Positions 46,171 through 56,127 of a stretch of 64,000 nucleotides of DNA are shown here, piece by piece (position 1 is the first letter of the stretch; the number at the start of each line of letters is the position of its first letter). The stretch comes from a virus. The translations under genes and the position numbers were made by a program. The stretch is from positions 4,449-68,448 of the IMG/VR virus record IMGVR_UViG_2974594041_000001; one strand, 5' to 3'. The notes under the pieces were generated by a model, which saw nothing but the letters and a program-made list of their open reading frames with translations, searched no databases and was not told where the DNA came from.

Positions 46171-47238
46171 ATGGCAACTATGCTCGCTGACTTCCAAATC
46201 CCTATGGGCGAAGCAACTGAACACGTTCGTGACATCCTGCTGGCCGGCCTAGTGCCAATGCTTCGCGGCAGCCCGGGCATTACCAAATCGGCGGTGATCC
46301 AAGAGATCGCTGACGATATGAACCTGCTCCTGATCGACAACCGTTTTGCCGGCTTCGATCCGACCGACATGAACGGCTTCCCTGGCCTGGACATGGAAAA
46401 GGGCGTGGCCCGTTACTACCCACTGGAAAACTTCCCGCTCGATACCGACGAGTTACCAATCAACCCGAAAACCGGTGAAAAGTACGCCGGTTGGTTGGTA
46501 TTCTGTGACGAGTTGACTTCGGCGCCGGAAATGGTCCAAGCGGCCAGCTACAAGTTCTTCCTCGACCGTATGGTTGGCCAGCGCAAGCTTCACCCTCTGG
46601 CGCACATCGCGGCAGCAGGTAACCATGACGATGACCAGGCTGTGACAGTTCAAATGTCTACGGCCTTGATCTCCCGTCTGGTGAACCTGTCGGTCACCGA
46701 AGACATGGAGCACTGGATGCATTGGGCACAAAAAGGCAACATCCGTTCGCTGATCACTTCGTACCTGGAGTGGCGCCCGAACGCCTTCTACACCTTCGAC
46801 AACAAGAACCCGGATCAGCCTTTCGCCTGCCCGCGTTCGTGGACTTTCGTCAACAAGTTGCTGGACGTGTGGGGTGGTAATCCCAAAGGCAAACTGCCGG
46901 TCATTGCCGGCTGTGTGAACGCAATCGCGCACGAGTTCATCGCTTTCGCGGGTATGCGTGTCGATCTGCCGAAAAAAGCTGATGTTCTGGCCAACCCTAA
47001 AACTGCAAAGGTACCGAGCCCATTTGAGCCTGGTCCTTTGTACGCGTTGACCGGTGCCCTGGGCGACTGGTTCGATAAGGACAACGCCGTGGTTATGATG
47101 GAATACATCGAGCGCATTCCGGCCGAGTTCCAAATCGTGACCATGCGTAACATCACTCGCCGTCAAGGCATGGCGGTGTTGGGCAATCCTGCGGTTTCCG
47201 CATGGATGAAGGCCAATGCTAAAGACTTCACGGGCTAA
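46171..47238 (+). CDS. MoxR-like AAA+ ATPase (N4 gp24-like)
   Basis: GSPGITKS, LVFCDEL, AAGNH, STALISR, CPRSW. Confidence 0.88.
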   Translation: MATMLADFQIPMGEATEHVRDILLAGLVPMLRGSPGITKSAVIQEIADDMNLLLIDNRFAGFDPTDMNGFPGLDMEKGVARYYPLENFPLDTDELPINPKTGEKYAGWLVFCDELTSAPEMVQAASYKFFLDRMVGQRKLHPLAHIAAAGNHDDDQAVTVQMSTALISRLVNLSVTEDMEHWMHWAQKGNIRSLITSYLEWRPNAFYTFDNKNPDQPFACPRSWTFVNKLLDVWGGNPKGKLPVIAGCVNAIAHEFIAFAGMRVDLPKKADVLANPKTAKVPSPFEPGPLYALTGALGDWFDKDNAVVMMEYIERIPAEFQIVTMRNITRRQGMAVLGNPAVSAWMKANAKDFTG

Positions 47239-47257
47239 TCACGTAGGAAGACCTGGC

Positions 47258-47695
47258 ATGGCAACGACATTCTTTGCGTTCCATCCTGACGACTGTGTAG
47301 AGGTACTGGAGGCACTCGATGTAAAGCGAATGCCTTCGGTACTGCGTACCGTTGGCGACCTGATGGTGCTGTTCCGTAGCGGGCAAGCAGGCAAATTGAC
47401 ACAGTTGTTGGAAGACCGTGGTATTTCATTCAACTATGCCAGTTACGCCTGGGCGCAATCCATGTCTGCCAGTCAGGCTGGGCAAGTGCGCTTCGGGCAT
47501 GATGGAACAGTTCAGCTCACCAATCTGGTACCGGATCCCCAGATGTCCGCGCTATACAACCGAAACCTACCAGGCGAGGAACTACTCGACGATATTCAAC
47601 GCATACGGATCTGTTTCGTGTGTTGCGGGCAGGAACCCTGGGATGACCGGGAAGCGAACGGGCAAATGCACAGAATGCGTCTGCTACTCACCTAA
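47258..47695 (+). CDS. Hypothetical protein between AAA and VWA genes
   Basis: AGGA RBS; 145 aa. Confidence 0.7.
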   Translation: MATTFFAFHPDDCVEVLEALDVKRMPSVLRTVGDLMVLFRSGQAGKLTQLLEDRGISFNYASYAWAQSMSASQAGQVRFGHDGTVQLTNLVPDPQMSALYNRNLPGEELLDDIQRIRICFVCCGQEPWDDREANGQMHRMRLLLT

Positions 47696-47719
47696 TCAAA
47701 TGCCTTGGAGGCAAACCAA

Positions 47720-48892
47720 GTGACAAATAACGAAGAGTTCTTGAAAGCCCTTACCAAGGCGCGGTTGGACCTGATGCAGATGCCCAGTGCGACGTTCCTG
47801 ACCACCCTGGCCCTGATGATGAAACAGAAGGTCGACGACGTGAACTGCCAAACGGCAGCCACCGACGGCCTCTGCATTTTTTACAACACCGGCTTCTTTT
47901 TGAAGCTGACCCGTAAGCAGCGGCCAACCCTGATTGCCCATGAGGCAATGCATGCAGCTCTGGACCACCTGGTCCTGGCCAAGGCACACAAGATCACCCC
48001 GGAGCAACACCAGCGCTTTAACAGGGCAGCAGATTTCGTGATTAACGATTTCCTGGTGCTTTCTGGCTTCGAGCCAATTGAAAACTGGTGCCATGACGTG
48101 AAATACCGTGGTCAAACAACCATGGAGGTTTATCGTCAGCTGCAAGAGGAGGAAGCCGAAAGTGGTGGTGCTGGTGGTAGCCAGGGCGACCCATTTGATG
48201 ACCTGATGGACCCGGGCTCAAGTGAGCCAGGCCTGTCGGAATCCGAGGTAAACCAGCAGGTGAAGTCCAACGTCACCGCAGCGGCCACGGCCACGAAAAT
48301 GAAAGGCGGCGATGCCTCGGGAACCATCCCGGCAGACGTTCAAGTTTTCATCGACGGTCTGCTGAAACCGAAACTGCCGATGGCTGCGCACTTGCGCAAA
48401 TTCTTCACTGCCATCGACAAATCGAACTACAGTTGGAAAAAACTGAACCGTCGGTTCTACCCGCAGCTCATGCCTGGGCTTCAAGGCAAAAAGTTGGGCC
48501 ACATCGCTTTCGCCTTCGACATGTCGAGTTCGGTGAGCGATGCTGATATCAAGCGCTACGTCAGTGAGCTGTATGCCGTAGTGCGCAACCTTAAGCCTGA
48601 CCGCATCAGCCTCGTTCAGTTCACCTGTGAGCTGAAGTCAGTACATCGCATCAAGACTGTACGTGAACTGGCTGAGATGGAGCTACGCGGACGCGGGGGC
48701 ACTGACATCGAGCCGTTGATGGAATGGGCAAAAGCTAACAAGCCGACGGCGCTTTGCGTATTCACGGATGGCGAGTATGCGCATCCTTCTTTCAACCCAG
48801 GTTGCCCAATCATGTGGATGATCCACGGATACCGTAAGGATATGTTCGAATGTGATTTCGGCACCACAATCAGGTTCGACGTGGATGAGTAA
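47720..48892 (+). CDS. HExxH metallopeptidase-like plus VWA protein (N4 gp25/DUF2201-like)
   Basis: TAATDG, AHEAMH, MIDAS DMSSS, GRGGTD, FTDGE. Confidence 0.88.
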   Translation: MTNNEEFLKALTKARLDLMQMPSATFLTTLALMMKQKVDDVNCQTAATDGLCIFYNTGFFLKLTRKQRPTLIAHEAMHAALDHLVLAKAHKITPEQHQRFNRAADFVINDFLVLSGFEPIENWCHDVKYRGQTTMEVYRQLQEEEAESGGAGGSQGDPFDDLMDPGSSEPGLSESEVNQQVKSNVTAAATATKMKGGDASGTIPADVQVFIDGLLKPKLPMAAHLRKFFTAIDKSNYSWKKLNRRFYPQLMPGLQGKKLGHIAFAFDMSSSVSDADIKRYVSELYAVVRNLKPDRISLVQFTCELKSVHRIKTVRELAEMELRGRGGTDIEPLMEWAKANKPTALCVFTDGEYAHPSFNPGCPIMWMIHGYRKDMFECDFGTTIRFDVDE

Positions 48893-50132
48893 ATTCAACC
48901 TCACGCCCAGCCAGACACGAGGGTACGACACGTTTTTGCCCTTCTATCTGGACCCGAATCAGTCGGTAATGCTGCTCAAGGGGTACTCCGGCACAGGAAA
49001 GACCACCTTGGTACGGTATTTGATGGAGCAATTGCCCATCATGGATGAAATGGCGAAACTCGTGGCCCCTGGCTATGTGCCGCCTGAAATCCTGCTGACT
49101 GCAACCACAAACCAGGCAGCTGAAGCTTTTTCCCTGGCGGTGAACTATCAGCCTGTCGCTACCACGATTTACAAGGCCTGCCAGCTCCGGCTGGTGCGGG
49201 ACTACAAGACTAAAGAGTCGCACCTCATTCCCTACGGAGATGGTGTTGAAAACAAGCTCTTGTTTATCGACGAAGCGTCCTTCCTTGATTCCGAGGCGTT
49301 GGGCAAGATTTTGGCTCAATGCCGCAACTGCAAGATCGTTTTTATCGGAGATCCCGCACAATTAACCCCAGTTGGTTCAGAACAGATGCCTGTGTTCGAA
49401 ATGAACGCCTGTGAGATCGAACTGACCGACTTAGTACGGTTTACGGGCGGTGTGATGGAGTCCTTTATGGGCACCTTGCGCGCCGCTGTAATGGAAGGCA
49501 ATTGGTCTAAATTTCCGCTTACCCCTGGTGTTATCGACCGCCTTGATCGGCCGGCGTTTAACGCAGAAGCTTTGCGGCTGTTTACCGAGGAAAAAGACAA
49601 ACACGTCAAGATCCTAGCCTACACCAACGACCGAGTCACCGCGTTCAACAACTGGCTGTCCCAAAAGATTTTAGGGTCTACAATCCCGATTGTAGGACAG
49701 AAAATGTTGGTCAATGAAGCTGTGCAGAGCAACACCTGCAGACTGACTGCCAACGAAGAAGTGACCATCGAAACAATCGAACCAAGCACTGAATATTCTA
49801 CGCCTGGGCACACGATTCGCTTCCTTGGAAAAGGTGGGTACTTTTTCATGCCGTTGCAACGCAACGACAAAGAAGCAGCTCACGCTACAGCTGTAAAAGA
49901 AGACGATTACCAAGCTATGAAGATCATCCTGGACACCTGGGTTGAACTTCGGCCGGCATTCGCGCAAACCATCAACAAGTCGCAAGGCTCGACCTACGAC
50001 ATCATTATGATTGACCTGGATGACGTGTGTTCTATGTCCCGGACACTGGAACAGCTCGCGCGCCTGCTTTATGTAGGCCTGAGTCGTGCACGCATGCGGA
50101 TCATCATGACCGGAGATCTTCGGAGGAAATAA
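48885..50132 (+). CDS. SF1B Dda/RecD-like DNA helicase (N4 gp37-like)
   Basis: GYSGTGKT, FIDEAS, GDPAQL, TINKSQGST, LYVGLSRA. Confidence 0.93.
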   Translation: MSKFNLTPSQTRGYDTFLPFYLDPNQSVMLLKGYSGTGKTTLVRYLMEQLPIMDEMAKLVAPGYVPPEILLTATTNQAAEAFSLAVNYQPVATTIYKACQLRLVRDYKTKESHLIPYGDGVENKLLFIDEASFLDSEALGKILAQCRNCKIVFIGDPAQLTPVGSEQMPVFEMNACEIELTDLVRFTGGVMESFMGTLRAAVMEGNWSKFPLTPGVIDRLDRPAFNAEALRLFTEEKDKHVKILAYTNDRVTAFNNWLSQKILGSTIPIVGQKMLVNEAVQSNTCRLTANEEVTIETIEPSTEYSTPGHTIRFLGKGGYFFMPLQRNDKEAAHATAVKEDDYQAMKIILDTWVELRPAFAQTINKSQGSTYDIIMIDLDDVCSMSRTLEQLARLLYVGLSRARMRIIMTGDLRRK

Positions 50133-50656
50133 TGGATCGCCGTACCCAGGCTTTGTTCAAGTGGAAAGTTCGTGAGGCGTTGCTCGCATTCATCTATGGC
50201 CCTGTGCTGAAGAGGAATGAGCTGCGTCTCAAGGAGCTGATTGACGAGAATGACGCCTTGGTTGGCGTCCAATACTACGGATTCGTCTACCGTAACAAGT
50301 TCCACACGCAATCCCAATATGCTCGACCGCCCCAAAACATACCCCGCTTGTTTAGCAGCCTTCATGCTCGCATGGACGAAATTCTCGAAGAAGAACGACT
50401 CATTGAGCGTGAAGAACGCCCCCTGATCGTAGGCTACTTGCAAAAGTGGCTTAATTCGTCAGACGACGCAGTCGTGTTGTTTCAGCGGCTACCCACAGCA
50501 CTCCGGGCCCCCTTCACCGAGTTACTGTCCACCGAGGGGATTAAACTCACCGATGTGGACATGGATGACGCGGCTACCGAAATGGGCATCGGAGAGCGGT
50601 CATTGGACGCACTAAAAATTCGTTTAATGACTAACCTCATCAGAGGGGACAGTTAA
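50132..50656 (+). CDS. Conserved protein (N4 gp38-like)
   Basis: 174 aa between helicase and polymerase; TAATG coupling. Confidence 0.7.
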   Translation: MDRRTQALFKWKVREALLAFIYGPVLKRNELRLKELIDENDALVGVQYYGFVYRNKFHTQSQYARPPQNIPRLFSSLHARMDEILEEERLIEREERPLIVGYLQKWLNSSDDAVVLFQRLPTALRAPFTELLSTEGIKLTDVDMDDAATEMGIGERSLDALKIRLMTNLIRGDS

Positions 50657-53290
50657 ATGCGCCACCACGTGTTTTTCGATAAAAATCAATCAGGCGAGTA
50701 CCCAGTCGCCGTATTGATGAAACAATACACGTTTGATCAGCACCTGATGTTCAAACACTACGTCGCACCGCTCCAAGAGCGCGGCATCAAGCAAGAAGAC
50801 TGCATCGCGTTCACCCTTTCGTATGAAAATGCGAAGAAAGTATCCGCGCAGCAGGTCCGGGAGTATTCCGCGCGCCTGTTGCAGGTGCTGGAGCGAACCA
50901 AGACTAAGTTCATCTACTGCACCGACGGTACGTACTTCAAGTACCTCACCGGCCAGAAGAAGTCCGAAGTTCACCTGGGCTACGCACTGCCTTGCGCCAT
51001 CAAGGGCTACGAGCACATGCAAGTAGTCCTGGGCGTCAACTACCAGGTTCTGGTGTACGCACCAGACAAGAAGGCGCATCTGGATCAGGGACTGGATGCG
51101 CTTTGCGGTGTGGCACTGGGTAACTACGTTCCGCCCGGCGACAAAATCATCCATTCGGAATTCTACCCGAAGACCCCAAACGAAATCCGCAATGCCCTGA
51201 TGGAACTGCACAAGTTCCCGCACTTAGCGATGGACATTGAGGGTTACAGCCTGCGCTTAGACGAATGCGGTATCGCTACGTTCGCGCTGGCCTGGACCCA
51301 CCATGACTTCATCGCTTTCCCCGTTGACTTGAACGACTTGGGTGCGAAGGACGAAGACGGCAATTACCACTACCGAAAAGATAACGCCGAGGTGCGCGAG
51401 ATCCTCAAGGACTTCCTTAAGAAGTACATGGGGTCTAAGCGGTTCCACAGTGCCACGTTTGACGTGAAGCACCTGATCTACAACCTCTGGATGCGTGATC
51501 CCCTGGATTACAAGAGTTGCCTGGAAGGTTTGGATATCATGTGTGCCAATCTCGACTGCACGAAGATCCTCAGCTACCTGGCGGTCAATTCCTGTTCCGG
51601 CAACACGCTGGGCTTGAAATACCAGTCCCAGGAGTTCACCGGCAACTATGCCGAGGACGACATCAAGGACATACGCAAAATCGCCTTGCCGAACCTGCTC
51701 CGCTACAACGGTGTGGACTGCATGGCGACGAACTACACCTACGACAAGCATATGCCTGTCGTGGTGCAGGATCAGCAGCTGGATCTGTACAATGGCCTTA
51801 TGAAGGACTCCCTGAAGCTGATCATCAACGTCGAGTTGGTGGGCCTGCCGATGGACCCGAAGAAGGTCACGGAAACCAAGGAAAAGCTGGAGAAGATGCA
51901 GGAAGAATACCTGCTGATAATCCAAAGTGACCCGACGGTCGCCAAGCTGAACTACTTGCTGCAAGTGTCGGCAATGGAGGCGGCAAACGCCAAGTTGAAG
52001 ACGAAGCAACACCCAATCGAGAAATTCAGCGATACGGTGTTCAACCCTGGGTCCAACCTCCAGTTGCAACGCCTGCTGTACGAATTGCTCGACTTGCCGA
52101 TCCTGTCCCGGACGCCTACCAAGGCGCCGGCCACAGGCGGCAAAATCATCAAGCAATTGCTCGATCACGAAAAGGCTGCCCCATATAAAGCACTGCTGCA
52201 AGCGCTGATCGACTATTCGGCGGTGACCAAGATTATCCAGGCATTTATGCCTGCTTTCGAGAATGGCATCCTCAAAGCCGACGGCATGCGCTATCTGCAT
52301 GGGGTTTTCAACCTCGGCGGTACGGTATCGGGCCGGCTTTCCTCCAGCGACCCAAATATGCAAAACCTTCCGGCTGGTAGTGCTTACGGCAAGCTGATCA
52401 AGGAATTGTTTATGGGACCCCCCGGATGGATCTTTGCCGGTGCTGACTTCAACAGCCTGGAGGATTACATCTCCGCGCTGACGACCCGCGACCCGAACAA
52501 ACTGAAGGTGTACATCGACGGCTACGATGGTCATTGCTTGCGTGCTTATGCGTACTTCCAGGACCAAATGCCGGACATTGACCCGACTTCGGTCGAGTCG
52601 ATCAACAGCATCGCCGATAAGTACCCGGAGCTGCGCCAGGAATCGAAAGCACCAACTTTTGCCCTGACGTACCAGGGAACCTTCGCCACGCTGATGAAAA
52701 ACCTCGGCTGGCCAGAGGCCAAGGCCAAACGGATCGAGAAGAACTTCCACGACCTCTACAAGAAGTCGACGGAGTACATCATGGACCGTTTGCACCAGGC
52801 TACCCACGACGGCTATGTAACTGTGGCATTTGGTTTGCGTTTGCGCACTCCAATGCTTGGCCGGTCGGTTCTAGGTCTGGATTGCACCCCGAAAGAGGTT
52901 GCAGCCGAAGGGCGCACCGCAGGTAACGCAATGGGTCAGTCATATGGCCTATTGAACAACCGAGCTGCCGCCGCGTTCATGAAGCGTGTGCACGCCAGCC
53001 CGTTCCGCTACGACATCAAACCAGTTGCGTTGATTCACGACGCCATCTACATCCTGATCAAAAATGATCCAGTAGTGGTCGAGTTCGCCAACCGCGTGCT
53101 GATTGAAGAAATGTCCTGGCAGGATCTGCCGGAGCTTGAACACGACACCGTGAAACTGGGTGCAGCACTGGACCTGTTCTACCCGAACTGGGCAACTCCC
53201 GTGACTCTGCCAGTAAACGCGGACATCCCAACCATTCGTGCCGTGTGCAAGAAGCACATGGACAAAATCCGTGAAAAGGAGGCTGCGTAA
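50657..53290 (+). CDS. DNA polymerase family A with 3'-5' exonuclease (N4 gp39-like)
   Basis: DIEG, ATFDVK, YNGVD exonuclease motifs; SGRLSSSDPNMQN, GADFNSLE, RQESKAPTFALTYQG, IHDA; uninterrupted. Confidence 0.96.
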   Translation: MRHHVFFDKNQSGEYPVAVLMKQYTFDQHLMFKHYVAPLQERGIKQEDCIAFTLSYENAKKVSAQQVREYSARLLQVLERTKTKFIYCTDGTYFKYLTGQKKSEVHLGYALPCAIKGYEHMQVVLGVNYQVLVYAPDKKAHLDQGLDALCGVALGNYVPPGDKIIHSEFYPKTPNEIRNALMELHKFPHLAMDIEGYSLRLDECGIATFALAWTHHDFIAFPVDLNDLGAKDEDGNYHYRKDNAEVREILKDFLKKYMGSKRFHSATFDVKHLIYNLWMRDPLDYKSCLEGLDIMCANLDCTKILSYLAVNSCSGNTLGLKYQSQEFTGNYAEDDIKDIRKIALPNLLRYNGVDCMATNYTYDKHMPVVVQDQQLDLYNGLMKDSLKLIINVELVGLPMDPKKVTETKEKLEKMQEEYLLIIQSDPTVAKLNYLLQVSAMEAANAKLKTKQHPIEKFSDTVFNPGSNLQLQRLLYELLDLPILSRTPTKAPATGGKIIKQLLDHEKAAPYKALLQALIDYSAVTKIIQAFMPAFENGILKADGMRYLHGVFNLGGTVSGRLSSSDPNMQNLPAGSAYGKLIKELFMGPPGWIFAGADFNSLEDYISALTTRDPNKLKVYIDGYDGHCLRAYAYFQDQMPDIDPTSVESINSIADKYPELRQESKAPTFALTYQGTFATLMKNLGWPEAKAKRIEKNFHDLYKKSTEYIMDRLHQATHDGYVTVAFGLRLRTPMLGRSVLGLDCTPKEVAAEGRTAGNAMGQSYGLLNNRAAAAFMKRVHASPFRYDIKPVALIHDAIYILIKNDPVVVEFANRVLIEEMSWQDLPELEHDTVKLGAALDLFYPNWATPVTLPVNADIPTIRAVCKKHMDKIREKEAA

Positions 53291-53457
53291 TGCAAGTAGT
53301 GATCCAAGTCGTCCTTGAGGTGCCAGAAGGCACCGGCAAGGAACAAACCGGCGACCGTTACGAAGAGCTGGTCGACAATCTGCTGAGCCTCGAAATCGAG
53401 GCCGGCAATCTCCCGGGGGTGGCTTTTGCCACCACCACTTTCGAGGACTGCGTATGA
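53290..53457 (+). CDS. 55-aa hypothetical protein
   Basis: TAATG and ATGA coupling on both sides. Confidence 0.6.
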   Translation: MQVVIQVVLEVPEGTGKEQTGDRYEELVDNLLSLEIEAGNLPGVAFATTTFEDCV

Positions 53458-53972
53458 CCGTTATTAACCGCAGTTACCTTCTCGCGGCGAAGCCCATTGT
53501 CGACATGCACGGCAAGAAGCTCACCGGCCCGGGTGGCACGTCCTATGGCCTGGGTGAGGCCGGTTACGACATTCGTATCAAGCAATCCATCAAATTTACG
53601 AGTGATGGCAGGCGGCGGATAGTGGTAACTCGTGAACACGAAGACGACAAAGCAGGCGATATGGTGTATGGGCGCTTCTCTCTGGCCTCCGCCATGGAGG
53701 CCTTCACCATGCCCCCAGACCTGATGGGCATTGTCCACGACAAGTCCACCTGGGCGCGGCGCGGGCTGTCTGTGTTCAACACCGTCATCGAGCCAGGCTG
53801 GAACGGCTTTCTGACGCTGGAGCTGGTCTACCACGGCGAAAGCGAGCTGGTCATCCCGGCCGGCTCAGGTATCGCTCAGGTAATCTTCCACGAGGTGGAG
53901 GAAAAGGCCTGGTATCGCGGTAAATATCAAAACCAAGGTGACGAACCCGTCGCCTCAATCGATTCGGAGTAA
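53454..53972 (+). CDS. dcd: dCTP deaminase
   Basis: GYDIR, KSTWARRGL, TVIEPGWNGFLTLEL, YxGKYQ. Confidence 0.92.
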   Translation: MTVINRSYLLAAKPIVDMHGKKLTGPGGTSYGLGEAGYDIRIKQSIKFTSDGRRRIVVTREHEDDKAGDMVYGRFSLASAMEAFTMPPDLMGIVHDKSTWARRGLSVFNTVIEPGWNGFLTLELVYHGESELVIPAGSGIAQVIFHEVEEKAWYRGKYQNQGDEPVASIDSE

Positions 53973-53974
53973 TC

Positions 53975-54220
53975 ATGACAGCACAGAAGATTTGGGTATC
54001 TCGTTGGGCCTTGTCCAAAGGCATCTTCGAGGTGGCTGCCCAACTTTCCCATAATGGGAAAATGGCAACCTATAGCGAAGAAAACTGGACCGTTTATGTA
54101 CACGGAAACGACTTCCAACTCACTGAGGCAGAGGCTCGAGAAGTAGCCAACACCAAGGTAGCGAAGAAGATCGCGGCCATCGAAAAACAACTGGTCAAGC
54201 TGAAAAAGCTGACCTTCTAA
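53975..54220 (+). CDS. Hypothetical protein
   Basis: 81 aa; GGAG RBS. Confidence 0.75.
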   Translation: MTAQKIWVSRWALSKGIFEVAAQLSHNGKMATYSEENWTVYVHGNDFQLTEAEAREVANTKVAKKIAAIEKQLVKLKKLTF

Positions 54221-54234
54221 ACCAAGGAAACAAC

Positions 54235-54618
54235 ATGGCAAAGTCTCAGCACGCACCCGGCAAATTCGGTAACGCACCGGTCAATGGCCGGTATTTCTTC
54301 GTTCATCGTTCCAGCCGCTGTGTGCGTAGCTGGGACATGGCCAGTCTACCGGTCCCCTCAGGCTGGGAACAGGTTTCGCTCGAAGAATGGAACCTGTTCC
54401 GCAAAGAAACTCTGCTGATTCCGCTCAAGAAGCGGAAGGCACTTCACGCAACCCTCTACGGAGAGAAATCATGCAAGTCAAAGCAAGCGTCACCTTCACC
54501 ACCTACTTCGAAATCCCCGACGGCATCACGCTCCAAGAAGTCCGCAACGAAGCCCTCGGCGAAATCAACGAAGCGATCACCTCGGACGAAGTCGGTGAGT
54601 CCGTCGAAAACCAAATGA
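54235..54618 (+). CDS. Hypothetical protein with overlapping Lys/Ser-rich tail
   Basis: AAGGA RBS; last 148 nt overlap the next gene. Confidence 0.6.
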   Translation: MAKSQHAPGKFGNAPVNGRYFFVHRSSRCVRSWDMASLPVPSGWEQVSLEEWNLFRKETLLIPLKKRKALHATLYGEKSCKSKQASPSPPTSKSPTASRSKKSATKPSAKSTKRSPRTKSVSPSKTK

Positions 54619-54698
54619 GCAGCCTGCTCGGCAACTCGATCAAACTCGGCATAGCCGAACGCGACTCTGTTGAAATCTCGATCCAAAAGGCCGAGTGA
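54471..54698 (+). CDS. Acidic hypothetical protein
   Basis: GGAG RBS; 75 aa. Confidence 0.7.
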   Translation: MQVKASVTFTTYFEIPDGITLQEVRNEALGEINEAITSDEVGESVENQMSSLLGNSIKLGIAERDSVEISIQKAE

Positions 54699-54859
54699 TG
54701 AGCGAAGCCGACGAAGTAGCTGCCTCTATCAAAGAGCAGCACCCCGAATACTTCCCGCTCACTTCCCGGCACCAGGCTGTTAGCATTGCTACTGGCCAGA
54801 TGCCCGAAGAGAGCATCACCATCATCCAGGCGGTGGCCGACGCCCTTATGGAGTTGTAA
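54698..54859 (+). CDS. 53-aa hypothetical protein
   Basis: TGATG coupling. Confidence 0.6.
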   Translation: MSEADEVAASIKEQHPEYFPLTSRHQAVSIATGQMPEESITIIQAVADALMEL

Positions 54860-54861
54860 CC

Positions 54862-55383
54862 ATGCAGGTATCCTCCCGCATCACGCAAGAACACACCATT
54901 ACCGATGACGAAGGTTTTCGCGTAGCAGTGGTGAATTTGTCCGACGAAGCCCCTGGCAAGGGTCGTTTTATGATCGTCGCCAACGGCATGAGCTATTCCT
55001 GCTACTGGGGTAGTATGGGTGACCATACTGTGTTGGACTTCTTCAAACTGACCACAGACAACTATGTCATGGGTTGTTTGGACCCGTTTGGCACTATGTT
55101 CCGTCGTATCGACCCGCAGATCCTCAAAGGCATCATCGCCCAGGACATCAGCGAGTCGGGTCAACTCGACGACGACAAAAAGCTCGCCTTGACTGCGCGA
55201 CTGGCTGAACTGTCGCCGATCTCCGACGTGAACGGTTTGATCGCCCTCAACGGCCCACTGATGGTCGAAATCTACGGCCCCATGTGGACCAACCAGGTAA
55301 ACGAACGTTTCCTGGGACAACACCCAAGCTACCGCGACCTTTTGTCGACAGTGGTCAAGATCCGCGCTGCTTTGGCGGGTTAA
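54862..55383 (+). CDS. Conserved phage hypothetical protein
   Basis: 'PGKG...I..G.S.S.YWG.MG...V.DFF' pattern. Confidence 0.75.
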   Translation: MQVSSRITQEHTITDDEGFRVAVVNLSDEAPGKGRFMIVANGMSYSCYWGSMGDHTVLDFFKLTTDNYVMGCLDPFGTMFRRIDPQILKGIIAQDISESGQLDDDKKLALTARLAELSPISDVNGLIALNGPLMVEIYGPMWTNQVNERFLGQHPSYRDLLSTVVKIRAALAG

Positions 55384-55458
55384 TTGTTCCTCTCCAGTCA
55401 AATAGCCACTATTATGTCCTACGGCCATTTGGAGGCCTTTTTTGACTGGAGTGTCACT

Positions 55459-55782
55459 ATGCCTTGGAAAGACGATCCAGCACTAACTGGCTGGATTCTT
55501 GCGTTGGTCATCAGCCTGGGTACCGGCATTTTGTCTGTTGCCCAGGCACTCGCAGGAGGCCAGAAGTTCTCTATTTTCTGGCTTATCGCGCAGATGCTCG
55601 GCGCCGTAATTGCAGGCTGGTTGGTGTGGGATATGTACCCGGCTATTGCCGTTAATGATGGTGTACCTGCTTGGTTGACTCAACCAATCGCTACTTCCAT
55701 CGCCGCCCACTTGGGGGGCAAATTATTCAACATCGTCGAGTTTGTTCTCGGCAAACGAATCGGGTACACACCCACCAACTAA
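55459..55782 (+). CDS. Putative holin
   Basis: 107 aa; 2-3 TM segments; C-terminal 'IA..LGGK' resembling LydA-type holins; GGAG RBS. Confidence 0.65.
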   Translation: MPWKDDPALTGWILALVISLGTGILSVAQALAGGQKFSIFWLIAQMLGAVIAGWLVWDMYPAIAVNDGVPAWLTQPIATSIAAHLGGKLFNIVEFVLGKRIGYTPTN

Positions 55783-55785
55783 CCG

Positions 55786-55807
55786 AAGCCCCGAAAGGGG
55801 CTTTTTT
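55786..55807 (+). terminator. Terminator after holin
   Basis: AAGCCCC-GAAA-GGGGCTT followed by a T run. Confidence 0.85.
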
Positions 55808-55822
55808 ACGTCTGGAGTTTTT

Positions 55823-56104
55823 ATGAGTGAAATCAAAGCAGGAAAGCGCTTTTTCAGCGTCGTGTTCGAAGTGACCAACCCGGAACAGTTCCAGGTACTG
55901 GCGGCAGGCTTCAGCGGGCAACAAGCCAGCGAGAAAGAAGGCGGCGGTGCTAAGGTCAACGCATGCGGTTGGGGCGATTACGCCACGTCGTATGATGCAC
56001 TTGAACATCATGTGAGTGCCCACGGCTACGATGCCGATGATCTGATCGAAGAGTACGTGCGGGAACAGGAATTGAACGTGTTGTCACGGGATATCACCGG
56101 ATGA
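55823..56104 (+). CDS. Hypothetical protein
   Basis: GGAG RBS; 93 aa. Confidence 0.7.
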   Translation: MSEIKAGKRFFSVVFEVTNPEQFQVLAAGFSGQQASEKEGGGAKVNACGWGDYATSYDALEHHVSAHGYDADDLIEEYVREQELNVLSRDITG

Positions 56105-56127
56105 AAAACGGGGCCTATTGGCCCCGT
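56104..56127 (-). terminator. Terminator of the inverted lysis/tail operon
   Basis: ACGGGGCC-4 nt-GGCCCCGT-TTTT on the - strand. Confidence 0.75.

Noticed and set aside
51257-52807. 516-aa - strand ORF (also 36290-37204 and 45225-45890)
   Set aside because: Antisense shadows of DNA polymerase, RNAPII and the ClpX-like gene.
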